Origin: Nannocystaceae bacterium ST9
GTDB lineage: Bacteria > Myxococcota_A > Polyangia > Nannocystales > Nannocystaceae
Direction of reading: 5' to 3'
DNA length: 64,000 bases
Assembly: GCA_048320885.1 (NCBI GenBank)
Contig: JBLWFJ010000001.1
Coordinates: forward strand, 1,285,642-1,349,641
Shown here: in pieces, positions 46,100-56,320 of the stretch
Layout: every line of letters starts with the position of its first letter
Numbering within the stretch: the first letter of the stretch is position 1
The notes under the pieces: model-generated
Told to the model about the DNA's origin: nothing
Seen by the model: only the letters and a program-made list of their open reading frames with translations
Database searches by the model: none
Position numbers and translations under genes: made by a program

Positions 46100-49000
46100 C
46101 CAAAACTCCGCACCCACATCGCCTTGCCCGCGGTCGCCAACCACAGCCCGAAGCGCCCGAGAAACAACATCTCCCCGCGCGGCCGCCAGCGCTCGAGCGC
46201 CTTGCGATAGAGCAGCAGCTGCGGCCCGTACTCCCACTGGAGGTCCTGCATCTGCGCGACCGAGCGGACCTTGTGGCTGGCCTTGTAGTCGAGCACGTTC
46301 CACAGCCCGGCGTCGTCGCGCCAGAGCAGGTCGAGTCGGCCGCTGATCCGATCGAGGCGCGGCGACTCGCGGACCAGCGCGTCGAGGTCGACCTCGTGAA
46401 AGAGCTGGTTGCGGGCCCTCGCGGCGCGCAGCTCGGGCAAGAGCTCGCTCTCGGCGAAGCGCTCGACGCAGCGGCTCAGCCACTGGGTCAGTCGGCGCTG
46501 GTCGGCGGCGTCGCGCTGGCCGAAGTGGATCGTCACGCGCTCGGCCAGGCGCGAGCCGGTCGGCGGATCGCCGACGAAGTCCCAGGCCTGCATCGCGGCG
46601 TGGAAGAGCTCGCCGAGTCGGCGTGGATCTTCGTCGTCGAGCAGGATCGGCTGGCGCGCGGGCAGAGGCATGTCCCACTCGAGCTCGCTGACCGGCCAGG
46701 GTGATCGACCCGCGCTCGGCTGCCAGGTGGTCAGGGCCGAGCCCGCGCGCCAACGCATCACCGGGTCGCTCGGGGGCTCCGGGATCGGCTTGGTCGGCGA
46801 GCTCGTGGGCGTGGGCTCGACGATCTCGATCGCCGTCGGTCGACGCAGAAACGACTCGAAGTCGAGCTGGACCGGACCGCTCAACAACAAGGGTGGCAGC
46901 GCGCGCTTGAGCGGCTCGGGTTCGGGTTCGGGCTCCGGCGCGAGCTCGGGTTCGGGCGCCGGCGCGTCGACGATCGGCACCTCGCTCGCCCGCGCGAGCC
47001 CGGACAGCAGCATCGCGTCCTCGATCACCTGCACGTGCGCGAGGCTCCACGCGCCCGCGCGCGGTCGCATGACGCCGGCGGCCGGCAGATCGAGCGCGGT
47101 GATCAGCAGCTCGAGCGGTCGCTTGCACAGATAGAAGGGCTTGGGCTCGCCCAACAAGGGATCGACCGACGCCCGATAGTCGAGCCCCAACCACGGCTTG
47201 TCGTCCCAGTGCACGAAGCTGCGCGCGTCGGTCTCGCCCGAGAGCACCAGGCGATCGCGGGCGCGGGTCAGCGCGACGTAGAGCAGCCGCTTGGCCTCGG
47301 CGGCCTCGAGCGGGGCGAGCATGTTGGCGCAGGGCTCGTGCAGCGGATCGGGCTCGGCCCAGAACCCGTGATGCGGGCCGCGGATCCGCGGGACCGGCAG
47401 GACCTCGCCGTGCACGGGATCCAGCGCGGGCAAGGTCGGCACGCCGGCGCGACTCCAGCTCGTGCGCGCGCCGGCCTCGCGATACTCGCCGAGCCCCGCG
47501 ACGATCACCACCGGCCACTCCTTGCCCTTCGATCCGTGCCAGGTGGTGATCGTGACCGCGTCGGCGTCGGGCGAGATCAGGCCCTCGGGGGCCGGCTCGG
47601 CGCCGGCGTCGAGCCAGGTCGCGAGTCGCTGGAGATCGGGGCCCTCGCTCTCGAGCAGGCGGACGTGCTCGACGAAGCGCCAGGCGTTGGCGACGGCTCG
47701 CCGCTCGCGGGTGCTGGCCAGCCAGTGGGCTTCGAGGCGGAACTCGGCGATCACCTCGGCGAGCAGATCGCCGCTCGCTCGCCCGCCCGCATGCCGCTCG
47801 ATCGCTCGCAGGCGATCGCGGCCGTGCTCGAGCGCCCGGGCGTCGGCGATCAAGAGCTCGCGCGCGCTCTCGCGGGCCTCGGGCGCGAGCACGCCGGCCG
47901 AGTCGAGCGCCGCGAGGGCCCGCTCGGGATCGAGTCGAGCGTGGCGCAGCAGCACGTGCATCGGCCGGGCGCGCGTGCCTTCGTCGAGCGCCCAGGGCTC
48001 CCAGACCTCGTCGATCGCGGCGAACTCGGGCAGGTCGGGGTCGGCCTCGGCGATCCGACGATCGACCCCGGGCCAGCGCGCCAGCACGTAGAGCCCGAGA
48101 TCCGAGATCGCCATGGCGGGCCCACGCAGCACGCCGAGCGCGGCCAGGTCGTCGTGCTCGTCGGCCCACGAGCGCAGCAGGTTGATCAGGTCGCGGACCT
48201 CGGCGAGCAAGAGCAGCCCGCGACCGCCGGCGAGATCGGCCGCGATGCCCTGGGCCTCGAGCGCGATCCGATGATCCTCGGCGAGGTTCCAGCGCGGGAT
48301 CAGGATCGCCACGTCGCGCGCACGCAGGCGAGGATCGGCCAGCAACCCACGCACGCGCGCGGCCACGCGGGCGGCCTCGCCGGCCAACTCGGGCGTCGGC
48401 TCGCCCATCCGCCGAGCGTCGCGGATCAACAGATCGACGGCCAGGCCCTCGAGCTCGTCGCGCTCGCGCAGGGCGACGATCGGCCCGTCCCAGCGGACCT
48501 CGGCGTGATCGGGGATCTCGAGCAGGCGCGCGAGCTCGGGCGGGCGCGTGGCCGCGCTCGGCATCCGCCCGGAGAAGAGCACGGGGAAGAGCGCGTCGAA
48601 GAAGCGAGCGAGCGTCGGCGAGCTGCGTCGGTTCTCGCCGAGCGCGAGGATCGAGTCGCGGTGCAGCGCCTCGGCCCGCGCGAACACCTGCGGGTCGGCG
48701 CCGCGAAACCGATAGATCGACTGCTTGGGATCGCCGACGTAGAACAGCTTGGTGTCCTGCTCGCCGCAGGCTTCGGCGAGCCGATCGAGGATCTCGGCCT
48801 GGATCGGGCTGATGTCCTGGTACTCGTCGACGAGCAGGTGGCGATGCCGGCCTCGCAGGTGCGCGCGCGCTCGCGGGTGCGCGAGCAGATCGAGCGCGAG
48901 CTGCTCGAGGTCGTCGTAGCGCAGCAGCGCCCGCCCGCGCAGGCTCTCGGCCCAGTCGCGGCGGACCCAAGTCGCGAGCTCGATCCAGCGGGCGAGGTGC

Positions 49001-50064
49001 TCGGCGTGCTCGCGCGAGCGCGAGCGAACCGGATCGGGCAGCACCAACCGCTCGCGGCGAGTCCCGGCCACGCGGATCATGTCGCGCAGGTGATGATGGA
49101 GGTTGGCGATCTGTCCGAGCTCGCGGTGCGGTCGGATCCGACGCAGCTCGTCGATGTCGTTGGCGACGCTGGCGAGATCGGGCTCGGGCAGGTGACGCTG
49201 GAAGATCCGCGTGAGCGCCTCGCCGAGCTCGCGCAGGCGGGCCGAGTTGGGCTTGCGCTGGAGCTCGAGCACGCAGAACTGCCACACGCCGGCCATCGCG
49301 GGCTGGAGCACGGCCAAAAACTCGCGCCACTGCGTGCGCACGAACAGCTCGCGCGCGCGCAGGAGATCGTCGGCGTGGACCGGACCGGGCGCGTGGCGAT
49401 CGGTCAACGCGGCGCCCGGCGGATCCGCCCAGCCGGCCGCGGGCGGATCGCGATCGTCGACCATCGCCCGCAGCTCGCCGCGCACGAACCTCAGCGGATG
49501 CAGGCGCAGCAGCTCGAGCACGCGGCGATGCCCGACGTGCCCGCCCTCGTCGATCGCACGATCGATCCACCCGGCCACGAACGCGTCGAGCTCGAGCGAC
49601 TGCTCGGCGGGCTCGAGCGCGCGCGCGTCCGGGGGCACGCCGCCGAGCTCGGGGAACTCGGCGAGCAGGCGCGCGCAGTAGGAGTGCAGCGTGCCGATCG
49701 GCGCGGCAGCCAGGCGCTCGGCCAGGTTCAGGCGCTCGGCGTGGCTGCGCAGCGCGGCGATCCGAGCCAGCACCGGATCGTCGTCGGCGTCGAGGCCCGC
49801 GTGCTCGCCGGTGAGCGCGGCGAACAAGCGCGCGCGCATCTGGGCCGCGGCCGCGCGCGTGAAGGTGACCGCGACGACCTGATCCGGTGTCGCCCAGGGC
49901 TCGCGGGTGCCCGGTCGCGCGCCGGCGACGATCCACAGGTAGCGCCGAACCAGGCGCCAGGTCTTGCCCGTGCCGGCGCTCGCGACCAGCACGACCGAGC
50001 GACGCGGATCGAAGATCGGCCCGAATTCGTGTTGATCGTCATGCAGCTCGACCCTGCTCGTCAT
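46096..50064 (-). CDS. AddA-like UvrD-family helicase with C-terminal PD-(D/E)xK nuclease domain
   Basis: 1322 aa from MTSRVELHDDQHEF; Walker A ASAGTGKT; UvrD motifs (LFYVGDPKQSIYRFRGAD, LLYVALTRARDRLVLS); C-terminal nuclease LDYKASH; the ORF 46096..53166 upstream extension is an open-frame read-through. Confidence 0.8.
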   Translation of the reverse strand: MTSRVELHDDQHEFGPIFDPRRSVVLVASAGTGKTWRLVRRYLWIVAGARPGTREPWATPDQVVAVTFTRAAAAQMRARLFAALTGEHAGLDADDDPVLARIAALRSHAERLNLAERLAAAPIGTLHSYCARLLAEFPELGGVPPDARALEPAEQSLELDAFVAGWIDRAIDEGGHVGHRRVLELLRLHPLRFVRGELRAMVDDRDPPAAGWADPPGAALTDRHAPGPVHADDLLRARELFVRTQWREFLAVLQPAMAGVWQFCVLELQRKPNSARLRELGEALTRIFQRHLPEPDLASVANDIDELRRIRPHRELGQIANLHHHLRDMIRVAGTRRERLVLPDPVRSRSREHAEHLARWIELATWVRRDWAESLRGRALLRYDDLEQLALDLLAHPRARAHLRGRHRHLLVDEYQDISPIQAEILDRLAEACGEQDTKLFYVGDPKQSIYRFRGADPQVFARAEALHRDSILALGENRRSSPTLARFFDALFPVLFSGRMPSAATRPPELARLLEIPDHAEVRWDGPIVALRERDELEGLAVDLLIRDARRMGEPTPELAGEAARVAARVRGLLADPRLRARDVAILIPRWNLAEDHRIALEAQGIAADLAGGRGLLLLAEVRDLINLLRSWADEHDDLAALGVLRGPAMAISDLGLYVLARWPGVDRRIAEADPDLPEFAAIDEVWEPWALDEGTRARPMHVLLRHARLDPERALAALDSAGVLAPEARESARELLIADARALEHGRDRLRAIERHAGGRASGDLLAEVIAEFRLEAHWLASTRERRAVANAWRFVEHVRLLESEGPDLQRLATWLDAGAEPAPEGLISPDADAVTITTWHGSKGKEWPVVIVAGLGEYREAGARTSWSRAGVPTLPALDPVHGEVLPVPRIRGPHHGFWAEPDPLHEPCANMLAPLEAAEAKRLLYVALTRARDRLVLSGETDARSFVHWDDKPWLGLDYRASVDPLLGEPKPFYLCKRPLELLITALDLPAAGVMRPRAGAWSLAHVQVIEDAMLLSGLARASEVPIVDAPAPEPELAPEPEPEPEPLKRALPPLLLSGPVQLDFESFLRRPTAIEIVEPTPTSSPTKPIPEPPSDPVMRWRAGSALTTWQPSAGRSPWPVSELEWDMPLPARQPILLDDEDPRRLGELFHAAMQAWDFVGDPPTGSRLAERVTIHFGQRDAADQRRLTQWLSRCVERFAESELLPELRAARARNQLFHEVDLDALVRESPRLDRISGRLDLLWRDDAGLWNVLDYKASHKVRSVAQMQDLQWEYGPQLLLYRKALERWRPRGEMLFLGRFGLWLATAGKAMWVRSFG

Positions 50065-52961
50065 GACGAAGGCCCCATGGCCGCGAGCACGCCCGGCAGG
50101 CCGGTCGCGCGGCGATCGAGGCTGGGCACGACCCGCGCGACTTCGAAGATCCGCTTGGCGCTCGGCGGGATCCGGCGGCCCGTGGGCGTGCGGACGACGA
50201 CCGGGAAGTAGCCGCTCTCGATCGCGCTGACGAAGGCGAGCGCGAACCCGGCCGCGGCCTGCACGACCGTCCAGACGTTGCCGCGCGCGTCGAGCCCGAG
50301 CGGGGCGGTCGGCACGAAGCCTCGCACGACCGGCGGCGAGGGTCGGTTGCCCGAGCGCGGCGGCGGGCGCTTGAGATACTCGAGCCGCAGCGCGCCGACC
50401 GAGACCGGCGCGGGCAGACGCAGCGCCGCGGGATCGCTGCGCATGACCTGCTCGACCGCCAGCGCGTAGAGCCCGAGCTGCAAGTGCGTGCCCGCGCGCA
50501 GCTCGGCCTGCAGCGCGGCCGGCCAGGCCGGCATGCCGGTCTTGTAGTCGCAGACGTTGACCCGCTGGCGATAGGGATCGATCTCGATCCGATCGATCGC
50601 GGCGGCGAAGGGGATCGATCGCGGGCCGAGCTCGAGCTCGAAGCCCTCGCCCGGCGACCACTCGCTGGCCAGCACGAAGGGCGCCGGGACCAGCTCGTCG
50701 GGCTCGCGCCGGCCTTCGTCGCCGCCGCCCCAGGCCTTGCGCAGCCGGCCGACCCACGACTCCCACCACGCGCTCATCTCGACCGCCCAGCGATCGCGCT
50801 CGCTCGCCCAGATCGCCTCGGCCTGGCCATGCTCGGCGCGCTTGCGATAGCCGGCGTCGAGCGCCGCGAGCACCTCGGCGAGCAGCGGCTCGGCGATCGA
50901 CGCGACCTCGAGCGGCTCGGTCCGACCCGCGAGCCGCTCGGCCAGCGCCCGATCGATCGCCCGGTGCACGACCTGGCCTTGCTCGCTGGCTTGCAGCCCG
51001 CCCGCGTCGGGCTCGCGACCCTCGCGCTGACCGAGCCCGAGCACGCGCTCGACGAAGTAGCGGAAGGGCAAGCCGGCGTAGCTCTGCAGCGTGCTCGCCG
51101 AGTAGATCGCCGGCGGGATCGCGAGTCCGAGCGCGCCGGTGTGCGGACCGACGATCGCGGCCTCGTGGCTGCGGATCGCCTGCACGCGGCGGGTGAGCTC
51201 TTCGCTCGCCCCGACGCCCGCGAGCTCGCGCTCGATCGGCGCGATCGGCTTGCTCGGCTCGCCGACCGCGAGCGCGATCGCATCGACCCCGACCGCCACG
51301 CAGCGGCCCTGCTCTCGCTCGTCTTGCCGACCGGCGATCCAGGGCCCGGGCGCGAGCTCGTTGCCGGCCCCGTCGCTGCGGCGATGGCTGGCGATCACCC
51401 GGCCCGGAAAGCTCGCGACGATCGCGTCGAGCCGACGCAGCTCGCCGGCGAAGCGGCGCGCCTCGCCGACCAGGCCGATCCGCTCGCGCAGCGAGTCGGA
51501 CAGCGGCGCATGCAGGCGCGGGATCGGATGGCGATCGAGCCCGGTCATGAACACGCGCGCCGGCAGGCGATCGAGCACCGCGTCGTAGGGCAGCAACCAC
51601 ACCGGCGCCGGCCCACGCTCGGACTCGTGCTCGATCCACTCGCCGGCCGCCGCGAGGTGGAGGGCGTGATCGATCGCGATCGCCAGCTCGGCGCGGGTCG
51701 GCGGCGTCACGCCGCTCGCGTCGTCGGCCAGGCGCGCGAGCGTGTCCTCGATCGCCCGCGCGGCCGTCCGCTCCGCGCCCGCGCCATGCAGGCTCGCGCG
51801 CGCGAGCAGCTGCCAGTCGTCGAGCAGATCCTGCAATGCGCTCGCGCTCGGCTCGGCCCGCCAGCGCGCCAGTCGTTCGATCGCCGTCGCGATCGCCAGC
51901 TCGGCCGCGCCCTCCGATCCGCGCAGACGATCGACCAGCGCGTCGAGCCCGATCGCCGCGCCGCGCTGGCGCTCCCATGCCCGGCGCAGCCCGGCGACGT
52001 CGACCCCCTCGGGCAGCTCGGTCCAGGGGCGCAGCGCCGGACCGAAGAGCAGCGCGTCGAGATCGTCGCGGCGGGCGAGCGGCTGATCGGCGATCCGCAG
52101 CAGCGCACGCGTGGCCCGAGCCGCGGCGCTCGAACGGGCCGGGCGAGTCACCCACGCGCGAACCGGGATGTCGCGATGGCGCAGGCGGGCCGCCCAACGA
52201 TCGATCATGTCGGCCGGCGCGAGCAGGGCCGCCGCCTCGCCGCCGGTCCGCAGCAGGCGAGCGATCGCGGCGATCTCGGCCTCGGGCCCCGCACACTCGA
52301 GCCGCATCGCCAGCGATCCGCGACCTCGGCCGGGCAGCTCGAGCGCCCACGACTCGAACCCGAGCCGGGCGATCAGCTGCTTCTCCCACGCGGCCACGGC
52401 CTCGCCCTCGAACCCGATCGCGATCGCGGCCGCCCGCCGGTTCAGAAACGCGACCCGCTCGTGTCCGGCCAGCACCCGCGCGAGCGCCTGACCCCGCCAC
52501 CAGCTCCCGCCGCCGCGCTCGGCCAGCCGCTCGTCGATGCCGACGCGAAAGCGGGCGAACGCGTCGAGCAGCGCGCGGTCGCGGCTCTCGGGCTCGCTCG
52601 CGGCGATCAACCTGGCGAGGTCGAGCTCGCCGATCGCCAACACCCGCTCGAGCTCGACGAACGCGCCCAACAGCTCGCGCTGGTAGCCGCCGTGGTCGGC
52701 CAGCGCGGCGAACTCGGCCGCCAGCGAGCGCCGGACCTCGGCGAGCACGTGCAACATCGGCAGCCCGGGGCCCGCGAGCTCGACGGCCGCCTCGCTCAGC
52801 AGCGCGTCGGGATCGAGCACGCGCACGCCGACCAGGGTCGCCCGCTCGACGAGCAGGCTCTGCAACCATCGCGCCGCCGCTGCGCCGCGGACCAACACCA
52901 GCACCCGCCCCGGGCTGTGCCTGTCGATCCGCGCGAGCAGCCGGGCGAGCAGATCCTCCAT
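50061..52961 (-). CDS. AddB-like PD-(D/E)xK nuclease subunit (degenerate helicase-like N-region)
   Basis: 966 aa from MEDLLARLLARIDRH; RecB-type nuclease motif VCDYKTG...LQLGLYALA near the C-terminus; stop overlaps the AddA-like ATG (ATGA). Confidence 0.7.
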   Translation of the reverse strand: MEDLLARLLARIDRHSPGRVLVLVRGAAAARWLQSLLVERATLVGVRVLDPDALLSEAAVELAGPGLPMLHVLAEVRRSLAAEFAALADHGGYQRELLGAFVELERVLAIGELDLARLIAASEPESRDRALLDAFARFRVGIDERLAERGGGSWWRGQALARVLAGHERVAFLNRRAAAIAIGFEGEAVAAWEKQLIARLGFESWALELPGRGRGSLAMRLECAGPEAEIAAIARLLRTGGEAAALLAPADMIDRWAARLRHRDIPVRAWVTRPARSSAAARATRALLRIADQPLARRDDLDALLFGPALRPWTELPEGVDVAGLRRAWERQRGAAIGLDALVDRLRGSEGAAELAIATAIERLARWRAEPSASALQDLLDDWQLLARASLHGAGAERTAARAIEDTLARLADDASGVTPPTRAELAIAIDHALHLAAAGEWIEHESERGPAPVWLLPYDAVLDRLPARVFMTGLDRHPIPRLHAPLSDSLRERIGLVGEARRFAGELRRLDAIVASFPGRVIASHRRSDGAGNELAPGPWIAGRQDEREQGRCVAVGVDAIALAVGEPSKPIAPIERELAGVGASEELTRRVQAIRSHEAAIVGPHTGALGLAIPPAIYSASTLQSYAGLPFRYFVERVLGLGQREGREPDAGGLQASEQGQVVHRAIDRALAERLAGRTEPLEVASIAEPLLAEVLAALDAGYRKRAEHGQAEAIWASERDRWAVEMSAWWESWVGRLRKAWGGGDEGRREPDELVPAPFVLASEWSPGEGFELELGPRSIPFAAAIDRIEIDPYRQRVNVCDYKTGMPAWPAALQAELRAGTHLQLGLYALAVEQVMRSDPAALRLPAPVSVGALRLEYLKRPPPRSGNRPSPPVVRGFVPTAPLGLDARGNVWTVVQAAAGFALAFVSAIESGYFPVVVRTPTGRRIPPSAKRIFEVARVVPSLDRRATGLPGVLAAMGPSS

Positions 52962-53195
52962 CGTCGGCGTACAGATAACCCAATCGGGCCCCGACCGGAC
53001 GGCTCCAAATGGCTCGCCGGCCCTGCGCTCGGGCGAGATCTCTCGCTCTCGTGCCGAAACGGAGATCTGCACCTCGGTCTCGCGACCGACGCGAGCTCGG
53101 ATCGGCGTACGGCGATCGTCTTCCACGCTCGCCCACCCGCGACGCGGCGAGAGCACTGCTTGACATGCCCAGTGGCCACCCCGAGCCTGTTTGCG

Positions 53196-54698
53196 ATGTC
53201 TCGTTCGCCTCGCCATTCGCTCTCTCTCGTCCTCTTCGTTGGTTCGTTCGGTCTGGCTTGCAAGGGTGGTGGTGAGACCGACTCTCGCGGTGACACGGTC
53301 GGCTCGACCGCCGAGGACACCAGCGCCGACACCTCGACCGACACCTCGACCACCAACGTCGCGACCACGGAAGACGACGCGACGACCCAGAGCCCCGCCA
53401 CCTGCGGCGACGGTCAGGTCGACGAGGGCGAGGAGTGCGACGACGCCAACGACGTCGACACCGACGCCTGCACCAACAGCTGCACCAACGCGATCTGTGG
53501 CGACGGGATCGCGCAAGCCGGGGTCGAGGCCTGCGACGACGCCAACACCGTCGACACCGACGCCTGCACCAACGCGTGCGCCAACGCGACTTGTGGCGAC
53601 GGCATCGTCGAGGACGGGGTCGAGACCTGCGACGACGGCAACGCCGACGACACCGACGACTGTCCGACCAGCTGCGCGCCGGCCAGCTGCGGCGACGGCT
53701 TCGTGCAAGCCGGCGTCGAGGCCTGCGACGACGGCAACACCGACGACAGCGACGGCTGCGTCGCCGGCTGCGTCGCCGCAGGCTGTGGCGACGGCTTCGT
53801 CCAGAACCGGGTCGAGGCCTGCGACGACGGCAACGACGTCGACGACGACGCCTGCACCAACGCCTGCGCGCTGGCCAGCTGCGGCGACGGGATCGTCCAG
53901 ATGGGCGAGGAGTGCGACGACGACAACGCCGTCGACACCGACGCCTGCCCGAGCAATTGCCTCACGGCGACCTGCGGCGACGGCTTCGTGCAAGCCGGCG
54001 TCGAGACCTGCGACGACGCGGGCGAGTCGGACGTGTGTGACGCCGACTGCAGCGCGGCGAGCTGTGGCGACGGCGTGCTCAACACCAGCGCCGGCGAGGC
54101 GTGCGACGACGGCAACATGATCGACACCGACGCGTGCGTCAGTGACTGCGCCGACGCCAGCTGCGGCGACGGATACGTGCGAGCCGGGGTCGAGGAGTGC
54201 GACGACGGCAATGGCGTCGACGACGACCAGTGCGCCAACGACTGCACCGAGAACACCTGCACGCCCACGGGCCAGCGCGCGCCCTTCGTCACGATCGGCA
54301 ACGACACCGCGAGCGGCTGCTGGAACGGCAACCCCTGCGCGTTCGACAGCTTCGCGTGGGATGCCTCCCACGGCCAGGACTTCCAGGCCTTCGACCAGGG
54401 CGTGACCTGTTCGGGCGCCACGACCTGCGTCGCCAACGTCGGCATCACCACCTACAACAGCGGCAGCGTCTGCCAGGGCAAGTGGGACGTGCTCTGCGAC
54501 GGCCAAGTCGTCGGCTCGATCAACACGATCGGGGTGGCTTGCAGCGGCTCGGCCATGAACAACGCCTGCCGGGCGACCTTCCCGGCCATCGAGTGCGCCA
54601 GCATCCGGCTGGTCGCCGTGCAGGACAACGACGTGACCACGGGCTGCTGCGGCGGATCCAACCCCGACTCGATGATCACGGGCGTCAGCGCCTGGTAG
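53196..54698 (+). CDS. secreted lipoprotein with myxobacterial Cys-rich repeats (third paralogue) and a distinct Cys-rich C-terminal domain
   Basis: Signal/lipobox-like FVGSFGLAC; acidic T/S/D linker; about 10 CGDG repeats; roughly 150 aa non-repeat C-terminal domain. Confidence 0.8.
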   Translation: MSRSPRHSLSLVLFVGSFGLACKGGGETDSRGDTVGSTAEDTSADTSTDTSTTNVATTEDDATTQSPATCGDGQVDEGEECDDANDVDTDACTNSCTNAICGDGIAQAGVEACDDANTVDTDACTNACANATCGDGIVEDGVETCDDGNADDTDDCPTSCAPASCGDGFVQAGVEACDDGNTDDSDGCVAGCVAAGCGDGFVQNRVEACDDGNDVDDDACTNACALASCGDGIVQMGEECDDDNAVDTDACPSNCLTATCGDGFVQAGVETCDDAGESDVCDADCSAASCGDGVLNTSAGEACDDGNMIDTDACVSDCADASCGDGYVRAGVEECDDGNGVDDDQCANDCTENTCTPTGQRAPFVTIGNDTASGCWNGNPCAFDSFAWDASHGQDFQAFDQGVTCSGATTCVANVGITTYNSGSVCQGKWDVLCDGQVVGSINTIGVACSGSAMNNACRATFPAIECASIRLVAVQDNDVTTGCCGGSNPDSMITGVSAW

Positions 54699-54864
54699 CG
54701 AAACGAGCGCGAGCGTCGGCGCGAAGGTCGTCCACCGCTCGTCCACAGCGAGCGCGCAGTTCGTCCACAACTCGTCCACAGCCGCGCAAGCGCTCTTCTT
54801 CGACCTCGCACGCGATCCTTCGCGCGTCTGCGCGCTCGTTCGCGACGACGATGTCCACACCGCG

Positions 54865-56196
54865 ATGTCGCGCGCGCGTGCAAGGGCTATCCTGCCGACG
54901 ATGTCGCGGATCGGCGAGGAACTCGATGCCCTCCTGACCTGGATCGCCGCGACCCCCTTCGCGTCCTACTGCGACGCGCTCGCGCGGGCCGAGGTCGATC
55001 TCGCCGACTACGAGGCCGTGTTCGCGCTGGCCGGCTTCCCGATCCCGTCCGCGCTGCGCGAGCTGGTCGGCGAGCGCGGGTTGATCGGCCTGCCGCGGAT
55101 CGCCGGGCCCTTCGATCTCCCCGGCGGTCAGTTCGGACTCTCGCTCGATCCCCCCGAGTCGCTGTTCGCCAACTACGTCCACCACTGCGCCGAGCAGGAC
55201 GCCGGGGTCGGGCTCGGGCGCCACTGGCTGGTGTTCGCGACGATCGGCGGCGACCTCGAGGGCGCGTGGGCGCTCGACGATCGCTTCGGCGGGGGTGCGA
55301 GCGCGCGCGAGTACGGCGTGGGTTGGTATCATCAAGACGAGGTCTGCGAGGTCGAGCGCGGCCTGGCCGATCCGCTGCCGGGCGGCTGGCTCGGCGTCGA
55401 GGCGTTCTTCTGCGATCTGTTCGCGCGTGGCCGGGCCGGGTTCGAGCGAGCGCTCGCCGATCGCTCGGCTCGCGCCGCGCTCGAGCAGTCGCTCGACGAG
55501 CTGAGCGTGCCCGGCTTCGATCGACCCTGGCACGAGGATCCTCGATCTTGGCGAGCGCTGCTCGACGACGACCTCGACTGGAACCGCGGCCGCCGACGCG
55601 ACTTTCGAACCGCGCTCGCCCACGCCGACGATCTCGATCTGGTCGCGTGGATCCTGTCGGAGATCGATCGCGATCTCGCCGAGGGCTCGCGCCGGCCGGT
55701 CGTGCCCGGCATCCGGCAGATGCTCGAGGGCGGGCTCGGCTGGCCCTGGGACTACCCGGGTCCGCGCGAGCTGGTCCATCGCCTGCCGATCGGTGCGTGG
55801 ACCGGCCCCGCGCTGGTGCGTTGGGCGATCGAGCTCGCCGGTCCGCGATCCGAGCAGCCCGAGCTCGCCCGCGCGCTCGCCATGCTCGACGCGCTCGCCG
55901 AGCCGACGCCGAAGGCCACCCACGCCGACGCGCTGGCCGTGGCGATCGAGCTGGCCGAGCTGGCCCGCCGCGACGCCCGACTCTCGCCGGCCGAGCGCTC
56001 GCTCGCGTGGGCCTTGGTCTGGTCGCTCGGTCGACCCACACCCGCCGCGACCTGGGAGGCCCTGGAGCGAGTGCTGCAATTCGCGAAGCTCGTTCGTGCT
56101 CCGGCTCGCGCGCCACTCGACGCCGTGGTCCTGCATCGCAAGTTGGCCGCGATCGTGCGCGGCAAGCCGGACTGGCAGCCCAAGAGCTTCGGCTGA
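54865..56196 (+). CDS. hypothetical protein (possible SMI1/KNR4-like)
   Basis: 443 aa; a segment HWLVFATIGGDLEGAWALDDRFGGG is weakly reminiscent of SUKH-1; no strong motif. Confidence 0.4.
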   Translation: MSRARARAILPTMSRIGEELDALLTWIAATPFASYCDALARAEVDLADYEAVFALAGFPIPSALRELVGERGLIGLPRIAGPFDLPGGQFGLSLDPPESLFANYVHHCAEQDAGVGLGRHWLVFATIGGDLEGAWALDDRFGGGASAREYGVGWYHQDEVCEVERGLADPLPGGWLGVEAFFCDLFARGRAGFERALADRSARAALEQSLDELSVPGFDRPWHEDPRSWRALLDDDLDWNRGRRRDFRTALAHADDLDLVAWILSEIDRDLAEGSRRPVVPGIRQMLEGGLGWPWDYPGPRELVHRLPIGAWTGPALVRWAIELAGPRSEQPELARALAMLDALAEPTPKATHADALAVAIELAELARRDARLSPAERSLAWALVWSLGRPTPAATWEALERVLQFAKLVRAPARAPLDAVVLHRKLAAIVRGKPDWQPKSFG

Positions 56197-56320
56197 TCCC
56201 TCCCTCTCGCCAGCTCCGTCATCTTTGCGTGGACGCGGCGAAGCGAAGCCCGCTACTCTGGTCTGGTTCGAGCGCTGGAAGTCTTCGATCTCCTCGCTCG
56301 TCGTCCCCCCGAGGTTCGCA

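Noticed and set aside
45965-49936. 1323 aa minus-strand alternate frame over the AddA-like gene, and 47035..50211 plus-strand 1058 aa ORF
   Set aside because: Low-complexity translations; helicase and nuclease motifs are only in the 46096..50064 frame.
53167-54860. Upstream parts of the 2356 aa (46096..53166) and 1599 aa (50061..54860) minus-strand ORFs
   Set aside because: Antisense to the DUF4215 lipoprotein gene 53196..54698 and low complexity; real minus-strand genes start at 50064 and 52961.
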